64,000 bases of DNA from an uncultured virus (IMG/VR IMGVR_UViG_3300031227_016742) (taxonomy: Duplodnaviria; Heunggongvirae; Uroviricota; Caudoviricetes): the IMG/VR virus record IMGVR_UViG_3300031227_016742. One strand, 5' to 3'. How positions within the stretch are numbered: the stretch's first letter is position 1; each line of letters opens with the position of its first letter. The translations under genes and the position numbers were made by a program. This document shows positions 46,394 through 54,513 of this stretch, one piece after another. The notes below the pieces were generated by a model. That model ran no database searches. It was not told where the DNA came from and saw only the letters and a list, made by a program, of their open reading frames with translations.

Positions 46394-46940
46394 ACACGAC
46401 CTTCCAGATGCCGTCGACCATCGCGAAGCGCTTGGCGGTCATGTGCTTGCCCACGGCGGTCAGCAGTCCTCCGAAGGCCTGGATCTGCTGGGCGGTGTTG
46501 TTGCATCCCGGGAAGGTGCAGCTACGGGTCGGGACGTCCTTGACGACCTTGGTCCCGAGGAACCCCAGGTCGATGGACACATCCTCGACGGTGACCTCGG
46601 GGGACAAAGGACAGCCACAGACGGCGCAGGTATCGATGCTCATGACGAATGCCTCCTTGGGCGGTTCGTTGTTGTTTGTCTTGCCACTACCAGTAGCACG
46701 CCTATCTCTTGACCGCAAGTTCTCCGAGGCCTTCTTCCGCCTGAAATCCACCACCTTCTGTCGGTAGGACAGCCCGGTCCCTGCCAGGCTCACGGTCATA
46801 TGCGCCGCCTTGCGCGAGATGTTCGTGGTGAGGGGGATACCGTAGTCACGGAGGCCGACGGAGAGGGTCAGCCCGGTCTTGCCGAGGTTGATCCACACAC
46901 CGGGAGCGACCTTGAGCTGCTTGTGAAAACGAACAGGCAT
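46392..46940 (-). CDS. DUF4236-like domain in frame with a YgiT/MqsA-type Zn finger (internal start 46643)
   Basis: RF.K..K..PGV.IN..K.G..S.G...T.S..GTGLSY; then AAGGAGG RBS and MSIDTCAVCG...VKDVP..SC..C. Confidence 0.7.
   Translation of the reverse strand: MPVRFHKQLKVAPGVWINLGKTGLTLSVGLRDYGIPLTTNISRKAAHMTVSLAGTGLSYRQKVVDFRRKKASENLRSRDRRATGSGKTNNNEPPKEAFVMSIDTCAVCGCPLSPEVTVEDVSIDLGFLGTKVVKDVPTRSCTFPGCNNTAQQIQAFGGLLTAVGKHMTAKRFAMVDGIWKVV
46682..46698. promoter_or_regulatory. Operator copy inside ORF, upstream of internal start 46643
   Basis: TGCCAC-TACCA-GTAGCA. Confidence 0.7.
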
Positions 46941-46950
46941 CGAGACGTCC

Positions 46951-47736
46951 TCAGTTCTGTAGATCCTTCCAGCACCACTTGGCCAGCTGGTCTGGCTGGA
47001 TGGAGCCTGGATCAGCCCAGACGACACACTCTCGCTCGCTTGGAACGCCCACCAGGCGCGTCACGCTGTCCAGGATGATGATCTGCTCGGGCCGTACCGG
47101 AAGACCCATGGGCCTGGCCTGGCACGACAGCATGTTCAGCTTGCTGGTAGCGTCGAAGCTGAACATGAAGGACCAGCCCGAGGCGAAGACCGGGAGCACG
47201 AGCTCTCCATCCTTCACTGCCGACAGCTTCTTCACGATCTCTTCTGGCGACAGGGTGTCCAGGTCGACGAACCAGTCTGCCTGCAGCTTGGCCAGCCTGT
47301 TTGTGGCCTCCTTGTCGCTCAGTGCCAGCCCGGACCATGTCATCATCCTGGGGATGCGCGCTGTGACCACGCAGCCTCTACCGCCGGAGTGCTGCTTCCA
47401 CCAGGTGCCCTGCACGGGACCATGGGCTGGGGCCTCGACCCAGGCCTTGTCGATGGCCCCTGGGTCGACTCTGGTACGCCCAACCATCATGCCGACGCAC
47501 CAGCGCCGCATCCGGTCCATCGCCTCCTGACCTTCGTAGTCCACGCTCGGCGTACGGCCACCGTCCTGGTACAGGACGCGCAGCAGGGAGAAGTTCTCGT
47601 CCTCGGGATCGGGGAGCAACGACAGCTCATGCTGCCGAGTCTCGCTCCACCGACGATCCTGCTTCTGCTCGCGGTGCTTACGGCCCCGCTTCTGCTCGCG
47701 ATACTTGCGGCGTGCGGCTTTGTCTTTGCCGGCCAT
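46951..47736 (-). CDS. Hypothetical protein with basic N-terminus
   Basis: 261 aa, RBS AGGAGGT. Confidence 0.75.
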   Translation of the reverse strand: MAGKDKAARRKYREQKRGRKHREQKQDRRWSETRQHELSLLPDPEDENFSLLRVLYQDGGRTPSVDYEGQEAMDRMRRWCVGMMVGRTRVDPGAIDKAWVEAPAHGPVQGTWWKQHSGGRGCVVTARIPRMMTWSGLALSDKEATNRLAKLQADWFVDLDTLSPEEIVKKLSAVKDGELVLPVFASGWSFMFSFDATSKLNMLSCQARPMGLPVRPEQIIILDSVTRLVGVPSERECVVWADPGSIQPDQLAKWCWKDLQN

Positions 47737-47739
47737 CGT

Positions 47740-48489
47740 CTACCTCCTACGCCCACGGACCCTGGAGTGACCATCGCTGATACGGCGAGACGCGAGAGGG
47801 TCCTCATCGTCACGGCCCGAACCGCGGACTCCGGAACGACCATCGCCGACACCGTTCCGGCTGGCTTCACCGAGGCTCGCGTACAGCTCCTCTTCTTCTT
47901 CCTCGTTCTCCTCGCTGGCCAGGTACACCTCGAGGTCGTCGATGTCTCCGATCCGGGTCCACTCGACACCGTCGCGAGAGATGACATCATCTTCGACGAT
48001 TCGTCCACTGGTCATGTAGTCCAGAAGCTTCGACAGATCGCTGAAATCGTAGAACAGGCCGATCTTCACCTTGACCCTGAAGGCCGGGAGAGTGAACACC
48101 GGCGCTCGTCTCTTGGTGGCACGACCGGCGACCTTGGCCAGCAGCCTGGAGACATCCTGCTCGTCCGGATCGTCGCTGACGAGCTGCATGCACGTGTCCC
48201 AGCCGGCCTTGGCCGCGTCTGTGGATAGTGCGATCTCTTCCAGATTCTCGTCCTCGAGCAAACGACGACGATTTACGAAGGCAGCGACCTTGCCGGGATT
48301 ATCGAATCCCCAATCCAGGATACCCCCAGCGAGCACGTCGATGTCGATGCCGGTGATCTCGCACAGGGTGACCATCAGGTCAGCGACCTTGTTCGCTGGC
48401 GCTGTCTCGTCATGGGTGCACATCAGCCGCAAGAGCCTCCAGGCACGGCCGTACAGGATGGTGCCGTCTTCATCGTGGGTATTGCTCAT
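47740..48489 (-). CDS. Protein with GYF_2-like domain
   Basis: FRVKVKIGLFYDFSD...GRI..DD.IS.DG.EW..IGDI..L. Confidence 0.65.
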   Translation of the reverse strand: MSNTHDEDGTILYGRAWRLLRLMCTHDETAPANKVADLMVTLCEITGIDIDVLAGGILDWGFDNPGKVAAFVNRRRLLEDENLEEIALSTDAAKAGWDTCMQLVSDDPDEQDVSRLLAKVAGRATKRRAPVFTLPAFRVKVKIGLFYDFSDLSKLLDYMTSGRIVEDDVISRDGVEWTRIGDIDDLEVYLASEENEEEEEELYASLGEASRNGVGDGRSGVRGSGRDDEDPLASRRISDGHSRVRGRRR

Positions 48490-49337
48490 GGTCGCCTCGG
48501 TCTCGGGGTGTCGGGTCTGTCGATCTGATGCAGCTCGATGTCGATAGGGGCGGGCTCACGGTCCGGCTGGACCTCCCAGGCCACATCCACATGGTCCCGC
48601 TTCCAGCCGCAGCAGAGATACTCCACGTTGGCGATGAACTCCCGGGTGACGATGTGGTGGTGCCCGAAGACCCACAGCTGGGGCGAGTGTGCAGAGCTGT
48701 CCATCACGCTCTGCAGCATCTTTGGGACGGCCTCTTCGAGGCGGCTGTTGTTCCGAACCGCACGGCTCCCATCCGGGGTCGCGTCCATGGGGCAGTCGTG
48801 GGCCACCACCACCGCGGGCTTGCGCTCGTCGTAGGTCTCGAAGAGATGCTCACACTCGGCGGGGGTCGGGATCTCTTCGGGCCACCAGGACAGCCCGGGG
48901 ATCCGGAGATGGGCGTCGACGCTCCTGGCGCCCCCGAAGAAGAGATGGTCCACGCCATCGATCCTGACGATCGTTCCACGGTCAGCGAAGAACAGTCCAG
49001 GCGCCAGCTCTCGCAAGCCGTCCTTCTCGGGAAGATCTCGCCATCGAGGCCAGTTGTCATGGTTGCCGCCCGGGGTGATCCACACCGGCCAGGGGCCCGG
49101 CTCTCCGTTCCTGGTGCTCCTACAGTAGCTGACGATGCGGTCCCAGGGGACGGGACCCTTCACATCCCGCCACAGCTTCCAGCGCTCATCGTTGCTGCGC
49201 GACGGGGTGTACAAGGCACCCAGGTCTCCACACTGCACCACGTGCCGGATGCCCGCGTCGCGGGCCGCTCTGTCGTGGAAGGCGAAGTGCTTGGCATCAC
49301 AGTGCAGATCGCCGACGTAACGGATGGTGAACTTCAT
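48486..49337 (-). CDS. Calcineurin-like metallophosphoesterase
   Basis: GDLH, CGDLG, GNHD, GGA.S.D, HDCP, FGHHH. Confidence 0.9.
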   Translation of the reverse strand: MKFTIRYVGDLHCDAKHFAFHDRAARDAGIRHVVQCGDLGALYTPSRSNDERWKLWRDVKGPVPWDRIVSYCRSTRNGEPGPWPVWITPGGNHDNWPRWRDLPEKDGLRELAPGLFFADRGTIVRIDGVDHLFFGGARSVDAHLRIPGLSWWPEEIPTPAECEHLFETYDERKPAVVVAHDCPMDATPDGSRAVRNNSRLEEAVPKMLQSVMDSSAHSPQLWVFGHHHIVTREFIANVEYLCCGWKRDHVDVAWEVQPDREPAPIDIELHQIDRPDTPRPRRP

Positions 49338-49804
49338 GGGGTCGCGTCCAGCTGGTGAAAGGGCCGGTCGTTTTCGATGGCGAGCTCGAGCTGGGCTTTG
49401 TCCACCGCCAACAAGCCTGCGCCGCTCCTCTGTCCGATCTCACGGCCTGTGTCACGACGGAGGCGATAGACATGGGCATGGCCGGACCTGGTGTGACGGA
49501 TGACCCAGGCCTTGGTCTTGGTGGCTCGCATCAGGTAGCACGGCAAGAGATCGGATCTGGAACAGTACGGAGCGGCTCGCCTGCAAAAGATGGCCTGACG
49601 ATCCTTCTCCCAGCGACCCCTGGCTGTCTCCATCGTATCATCGAGCGCCTTCTCGGAGTGGAGTGCGAGCCTCTGGTACAGCTGGAGCTGGGCCCTGTTC
49701 TCGTCGTGCTCGACGCTGGCCTCTCTGACCTCAGCGGTGTACCAGGGCGCTTCGCTGGGCCGAGACGGCCCCTCGGCAGGGAACGGGAGCTTGGCGCGCT
49801 TCAT
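49334..49804 (-). CDS. Hypothetical protein
   Basis: 156 aa, RBS GGGAG. Confidence 0.7.
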   Translation of the reverse strand: MKRAKLPFPAEGPSRPSEAPWYTAEVREASVEHDENRAQLQLYQRLALHSEKALDDTMETARGRWEKDRQAIFCRRAAPYCSRSDLLPCYLMRATKTKAWVIRHTRSGHAHVYRLRRDTGREIGQRSGAGLLAVDKAQLELAIENDRPFHQLDATP

Positions 49805-49813
49805 GGTCGCTCC

Positions 49814-50542
49814 CTACAGCTTCGTCGGGGCCTTCAGTACACCGTGCTCGTCCTTGGGGGCCTGCTCGTGGAGACGCCCTACCACGTCCAGCGGCTTCTC
49901 CCCGGTCTCGCCAGCCTCGGCCTTGCCCATGGAGATGATCTCCTCCATGGCGGCACGCCAGGCCTCGATGTCGGCTTCGTCCATGTCCACGAGCTCGGCC
50001 CGCTGGGGCGTCCGCTTCCTACCGCGACCGTACAGCAGCCAGCGCAGCTTCAGGACGTGCTCCTCACAGCGGTCGACATGCTTGATAGCGGAGAAGTCAA
50101 TGACCCAAACGCCGAGGGACAGCAGGATGGCGAGCCATAGCTCGAAGCCGCCCAGCAGCCACTGGCTCATGTCGAGCTCAGCGGGCATAGCTACGACCAT
50201 CAACAGAACGAACAGCCCGGTCTGGGCCACGGAGAGGATAGCAGAGAGCGTCTTCGGGCGATGCTGGCGCACCGAGAACAGGGCCTCCTGGGTGCTCAGT
50301 TCGAGCTCGAAGATGCGGTTGGCGCGGCACAGCAGGTGCTTGATCGCCTTGGGCAGCCATGCGCTGGGCTCGGCGTTGCACAGCTTGATGGAACGATCGA
50401 TGTTGTTGGCGCTGATGAGCATGACGATCTGCTTCATGAAGCCCTTATCGTTGATCTTACCACGGAATAGCACCTTGTAGGCGCGCCAGCAGAACCAGGC
50501 TCCCCAGGCGAGCATCAGGAGGATGGAGACGATTTCGATCAT
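49814..50542 (-). CDS. Divergent MotA/TolQ/ExbB (AglR-like) membrane protein
   Basis: Three TM; FMKQI..LI.ANNIDRSIKLCNAEP.A.LP..IK..L.RANR; lacks the GLLGTV.G motif. Confidence 0.6.
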   Translation of the reverse strand: MIEIVSILLMLAWGAWFCWRAYKVLFRGKINDKGFMKQIVMLISANNIDRSIKLCNAEPSAWLPKAIKHLLCRANRIFELELSTQEALFSVRQHRPKTLSAILSVAQTGLFVLLMVVAMPAELDMSQWLLGGFELWLAILLSLGVWVIDFSAIKHVDRCEEHVLKLRWLLYGRGRKRTPQRAELVDMDEADIEAWRAAMEEIISMGKAEAGETGEKPLDVVGRLHEQAPKDEHGVLKAPTKL

Positions 50543-50570
50543 GGGAAGGCCCTCTTCGATGAGATGGTTA

Positions 50571-50587
50571 TGCCACCACCAGTAGCA
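50571..50587. promoter_or_regulatory. Operator between divergent genes
   Basis: TGCCAC-CACCA-GTAGCA followed on minus by TAACCA. Confidence 0.7.
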
Positions 50588-50664
50588 CGATGACCATTAG
50601 CGTGCAAGCCGAGCGCGCTCGAGTCGTGCCCGTGTTATCCTGGGCGGCAGCGACAGGAGTGAGC

Positions 50665-51888
50665 ATGGCCAGGAGAATGGCGAGGACCAACCCGCATCAA
50701 GTCATCCCGGACTGCGTCCTGTACCGTCGGGCGAAGTACCCGGTCTCCATCGACGTCCCGGTCGCTGTGGCCATCGAGCAAGGGCTCCCGCTATACAACT
50801 GGACACCCCAGGGCCAGCCCAACAGCGTCTGGGACGCCCTGCCACCCATCACGGTGGACCACTCCGGAGACATCAGCACTCTCATCTTCGGTGGCGAGCA
50901 TCTGTGGACCGTGACCAAGGACGGTAAGAGCCTCCCGGCGGTCAAGCCGAGAGGCAACAACGGCAAGACCAAGACCTCGCTTCTGACGGCGACGTCCAAG
51001 ATGATGTGCCCGAGCCTGTCGCTTCCAGCAGGCCCGCCCAGTGAGCATGGGACCTGCATAGCCGCCGAGAAGATGCTCAAGGCCAATCTGCAGGCTGACA
51101 AATCCCAGGTCTGCGGCCAGTGCTACGCATCGGAAGGGAACTACAAGTTCCCCGAGCCGACGATCTCACAGATGGCGACTCTGGCTTGGATTCGTCAGGA
51201 GTGCCTGGCAGATCCGAGCGGAGAGTCACTCGCAAAGCTGCTGGTGTCCGCCATCGAGCACTACGCCCGGGTCACGACACTGAAGAGCATCAACGCACGT
51301 CTCATCCAAGAGATCGGCGTCTGGAGCTCGGGTCAGAGCTGCATCCTGATCCCCTGCTCGATCCCCGAGGTCGGTCGTCACTGGCTCCAGCCCGTCATCG
51401 ACACCAAGCTGCACGACCTGCCGTGGCCGAACACCCGCGCCATGTTCGAGAACATGTCTCTGCAAGACGGCCAGGTGGCCGGGTTCTTCCGCTTCCATGA
51501 TTCCGGCGACATCAACATCCACCCGAAGGCATGGAAGGCCTACATCATAGCGATCCATCGGGTCGCTCAGCTGCTGCCTGGCGTCGTGTTCTGGATGCCG
51601 ACCAGGGTGTGGGAGTTCCCCTCGATCCTGCGTGAGCTGAAGCGCGTCAACAGGCAGTTCTCGCTGCCCAACCTCATCATCAGACCGTCCTCGGCCCTCG
51701 TCGACTTCGACGCACCGTCCATCACCGGGCTCTTGGCCGGGACGACCGTGCACGCACCCGATACCGAAGAGATGTTCGCAGACAGGGAGTGCCCAGCGTA
51801 CTCTGGCAAGGGCACCAGCTGCATGAACGAAGACTGCAGGGACTGCTGGCTGAAGACGGCTGTCTCGGTGCAGTACAAGTCACACTGA
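50665..51888 (+). CDS. Gp88-like phage protein
   Basis: TSKM.C.S.SLPA..TC; C..CYA..GNY; FRFHDSGD; FW.PTR; L.IR.S; CPA....C..CR.CW; RBS CAGGAG. Confidence 0.75.
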   Translation: MARRMARTNPHQVIPDCVLYRRAKYPVSIDVPVAVAIEQGLPLYNWTPQGQPNSVWDALPPITVDHSGDISTLIFGGEHLWTVTKDGKSLPAVKPRGNNGKTKTSLLTATSKMMCPSLSLPAGPPSEHGTCIAAEKMLKANLQADKSQVCGQCYASEGNYKFPEPTISQMATLAWIRQECLADPSGESLAKLLVSAIEHYARVTTLKSINARLIQEIGVWSSGQSCILIPCSIPEVGRHWLQPVIDTKLHDLPWPNTRAMFENMSLQDGQVAGFFRFHDSGDINIHPKAWKAYIIAIHRVAQLLPGVVFWMPTRVWEFPSILRELKRVNRQFSLPNLIIRPSSALVDFDAPSITGLLAGTTVHAPDTEEMFADRECPAYSGKGTSCMNEDCRDCWLKTAVSVQYKSH

Positions 51889-51901
51889 CACGGAGACGAC
51901 A

Positions 51902-52186
51902 ATGGCCTGGAGCACGGAAGAGCAGGAAGCGTACGGCGCCGAGCTGATCGAAGGCGCCGACGAAGAACGTCTGCGCCAGATCGTCCTGGCGTGGCTCGGA
52001 TCCAATCAAGGCATCGATCCGATTCAGATGATCCAGTGGATGCGCGACACCATCGACTTCGACCCGTTCCTGCTGTTCGACGAAGAGGGCGGCATGTGGC
52101 TCCAGAGCGCCCTGTACGGAACCGACATCGGCGACGAAAGCCCTCTGTCCACGGCTCTGTTTATGGGCCTGGACGCGGGGCCATAG
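51902..52186 (+). CDS. Hypothetical protein
   Basis: 94 aa, RBS GGAG. Confidence 0.75.
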   Translation: MAWSTEEQEAYGAELIEGADEERLRQIVLAWLGSNQGIDPIQMIQWMRDTIDFDPFLLFDEEGGMWLQSALYGTDIGDESPLSTALFMGLDAGP

Positions 52187-52195
52187 GAGAAGACC

Positions 52196-52417
52196 ATGGC
52201 ACAGCCAGCACGCCAATACGTCATGCCGTCATGGGTGGTCACACCCGAGCAGGCCCGGGCCACGGACGAAACCGACGCCAAGATCCGCACAGCACTGCTG
52301 GCCCGAGCACTCCCCCTGCTGGAAGGCGAGGAACAACCCGCAGAGGGCGGAGGATCCGGTGCCGCGATCGCCTTCCTGCTCGGGCTCTCACCGATCCTGT
52401 TGATCCTGAATAGGTAG
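52196..52417 (+). CDS. Small protein with C-terminal hydrophobic anchor
   Basis: 73 aa, RBS AGGAG. Confidence 0.7.
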   Translation: MAQPARQYVMPSWVVTPEQARATDETDAKIRTALLARALPLLEGEEQPAEGGGSGAAIAFLLGLSPILLILNR

Positions 52418-52420
52418 CCC

Positions 52421-53083
52421 CTACTCCGGCTGCTGCCATTGATCCTGGTACTGCTCGAGGGCCTCGTCCATCTCCGCCCCGGTGTCCTTCACGCTGCGCT
52501 CCATGCGCTCGAGCAGGTCGAGCTCACGGCCCATGATGCCGAGCTCCCAGACCAGCATGTCCACAGGGGCCATCTTTGTCGACCCCCCATCGCTGGGTGG
52601 CGGCTGCTCGATGAACGCGTGTGTCACTTGCGGCGCTGGCGCAGAGGTCACCACGTTCGTCCCTTCTATGTCCTGGTCGTCCTCGACATCGACGTCCCCT
52701 TCTCCCCCGGGCAGCGCCATGTACTCGTCCAGCTCGTCCATGATTCCATCCGCTTCGATGTCCGGCACCGCGGCGACGTGGCCCGGCTGATTCCCGGTGG
52801 TGGATCCGGAGAAGCCGAAGAAGTCCAGCTGGATACCGACCCCGACCACACCGGCCAGCAGCAGCGCCACGATGCCCATGGCGCCGCCGACCAAGACGAT
52901 CATGCGCTTGTTCTGCCCGGCCTGCTCCTTGACCTGGGTCTCGATGAGGCCCATCATCCGGTCAGCCAGGTGCTCGGCGGTCGGAGACTCGTGATCCTCA
53001 TGGGCGTCGTGAGCTGGCGGCGCAGCGTCATCACGCTCAGTAGGGACAGCGACCTCGTCGGTGGGCTCGATGATGTCGGACAT
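52421..53083 (-). CDS. Single-TM acidic membrane protein
   Basis: 220 aa, RBS GGAG. Confidence 0.75.
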   Translation of the reverse strand: MSDIIEPTDEVAVPTERDDAAPPAHDAHEDHESPTAEHLADRMMGLIETQVKEQAGQNKRMIVLVGGAMGIVALLLAGVVGVGIQLDFFGFSGSTTGNQPGHVAAVPDIEADGIMDELDEYMALPGGEGDVDVEDDQDIEGTNVVTSAPAPQVTHAFIEQPPPSDGGSTKMAPVDMLVWELGIMGRELDLLERMERSVKDTGAEMDEALEQYQDQWQQPE

Positions 53084-53186
53084 GGCTCACTCCGTTCGCC
53101 AGCCTACAGCTGACAGCTCGCTGGTCACAGGCATCGTAGCACGAGCTCTGCGCATGGCCATGATCGACGGTCCGGCAGGCCCGAAA

Positions 53187-53233
53187 GCGGTAAGCGGTGA
53201 GCGGTGAGCGGTGAGCGGGCAGGCCGCGGGCCT
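53187..53233 (+). repeat. Heptamer/hairpin element (GCGGTRA x4)
   Basis: Tract 53187-53214, AGGCC-GCG-GGCCT over stop 53232. Confidence 0.85.
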
Positions 53234-54488
53234 ACCTCCTGCGACGCCTTCTACGGGTGACCTTGACCTCGCGCCGCTTCGCGCTGGCCGGCGTGGCCTT
53301 GGTCGGATCCCCGCGGGTGTAAGGAGGAATCCAGGTGGAGACCCGGTACACGGTGTTGCCGTGCGGGTTGACCCGCTCGCCACGGGTCGATCGCCTCTCT
53401 GGATCTCTGACCCAGACACCCTTGAAGAAGCCCTTCACCTCATGCTGATAGGGAGCCGAACGACCGGAGGGCTCGACTCTCGCCTTCTCCTCTACCTCAT
53501 CCCGCTCGTCGAAGGCGCGCCGGCCGAGGTTGATGACCGTGTAGTCCAGCCTGCTCTGCCGATCCTGCATCCGCTGCTTCTTGCCCCGCTTCGGGGGCGC
53601 GGGGGGAACGATGATGGGCTGACCGCGCAGATAGTCCCCGTGTTCGAGCACCATGAAGAGGTTGATCATCAGCTGCCAGCACGCGTTGTCCCCAGTGGGA
53701 GCGTAGTGGGGCATCAGATCAACGGCGTTTCCGAAGCTGATGTCCAGCCAGCCGTCGTTGAAAGCGATCTTCTCGTACTTGGTCCGATCCTGGATACCCA
53801 GGTAGCGCCACTTGACTCCCGGGATCTCTTCGTAGATCAGAAGCGAGGTGAGTTGCAGCTTCAGCTCCCGCTCGTACTGGGACTTCGAGGCCCGGAACAT
53901 TCCCTCTGCTGGCTCTTCCATCTCGTCAATCGTGGCGTCACGGTCCCTGATGATGCCTACGTTCACCTCGATGGTCTTGCCGGGAGGCAGCACGATGAGC
54001 ATCGTGGAGAACGGCAGATACGGGAGCCTGTCGGCCACCAGCGCTTTGGGGATCTTGGTCTCCGTCAACGCGTCCATGGTCTCATCATCCAGCACCCAGA
54101 CATGCTGCTGGGCCTCGAACATGGACTGCGCCAGCATGTAGGCCGGCTTCATGGCGGTGGTCTGAGATGGGTTATCGGGGCTCAGACCGAACAGGCGCTG
54201 CATCAGCTGTGCAGCGAAGACGAAGTCACGACGCTTCGCCAGATTCATCGCACCATACAGCATGTCGGACTGTGTAGCGAGGGTCGCGACGGCTGCTCGC
54301 CCGAGGTCGACCTTGGAGAGGATGGACCTGGCCGCCCTCGGATCGAGCATCTTCTCAGCGGCAGCGACGCTCTCCTTGTACTCCTTGACGTAGTCCAGGT
54401 CGTTCAGACCCTGATCGAGCCAGTCGTAGATCAGCTTGTAGGGGATCGGGCGCCCGGTAGCGCTGGGTTCGGTCTTCAAGGTCGGCAT
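53232..54488 (-). CDS. Conserved phage-type protein with basic C-terminal H.V.G...W...WI.P..RG motif
   Basis: 418 aa from MPTLKT, RBS CAGGAG. Confidence 0.75.
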   Translation of the reverse strand: MPTLKTEPSATGRPIPYKLIYDWLDQGLNDLDYVKEYKESVAAAEKMLDPRAARSILSKVDLGRAAVATLATQSDMLYGAMNLAKRRDFVFAAQLMQRLFGLSPDNPSQTTAMKPAYMLAQSMFEAQQHVWVLDDETMDALTETKIPKALVADRLPYLPFSTMLIVLPPGKTIEVNVGIIRDRDATIDEMEEPAEGMFRASKSQYERELKLQLTSLLIYEEIPGVKWRYLGIQDRTKYEKIAFNDGWLDISFGNAVDLMPHYAPTGDNACWQLMINLFMVLEHGDYLRGQPIIVPPAPPKRGKKQRMQDRQSRLDYTVINLGRRAFDERDEVEEKARVEPSGRSAPYQHEVKGFFKGVWVRDPERRSTRGERVNPHGNTVYRVSTWIPPYTRGDPTKATPASAKRREVKVTRRRRRRR

Positions 54489-54513
54489 CGTTCTCTCTCC
54501 TGTCCTGTACGTT

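Noticed and set aside
25890..53095. Recurrent AGGAGTGAGCC-ATG
   Set aside because: Explained as a Shine-Dalgarno fused to an upstream TGA stop (translational coupling).
148..53233. Triloop hairpins as intrinsic terminators
   Set aside because: No U-tract follows them on the coding strand.
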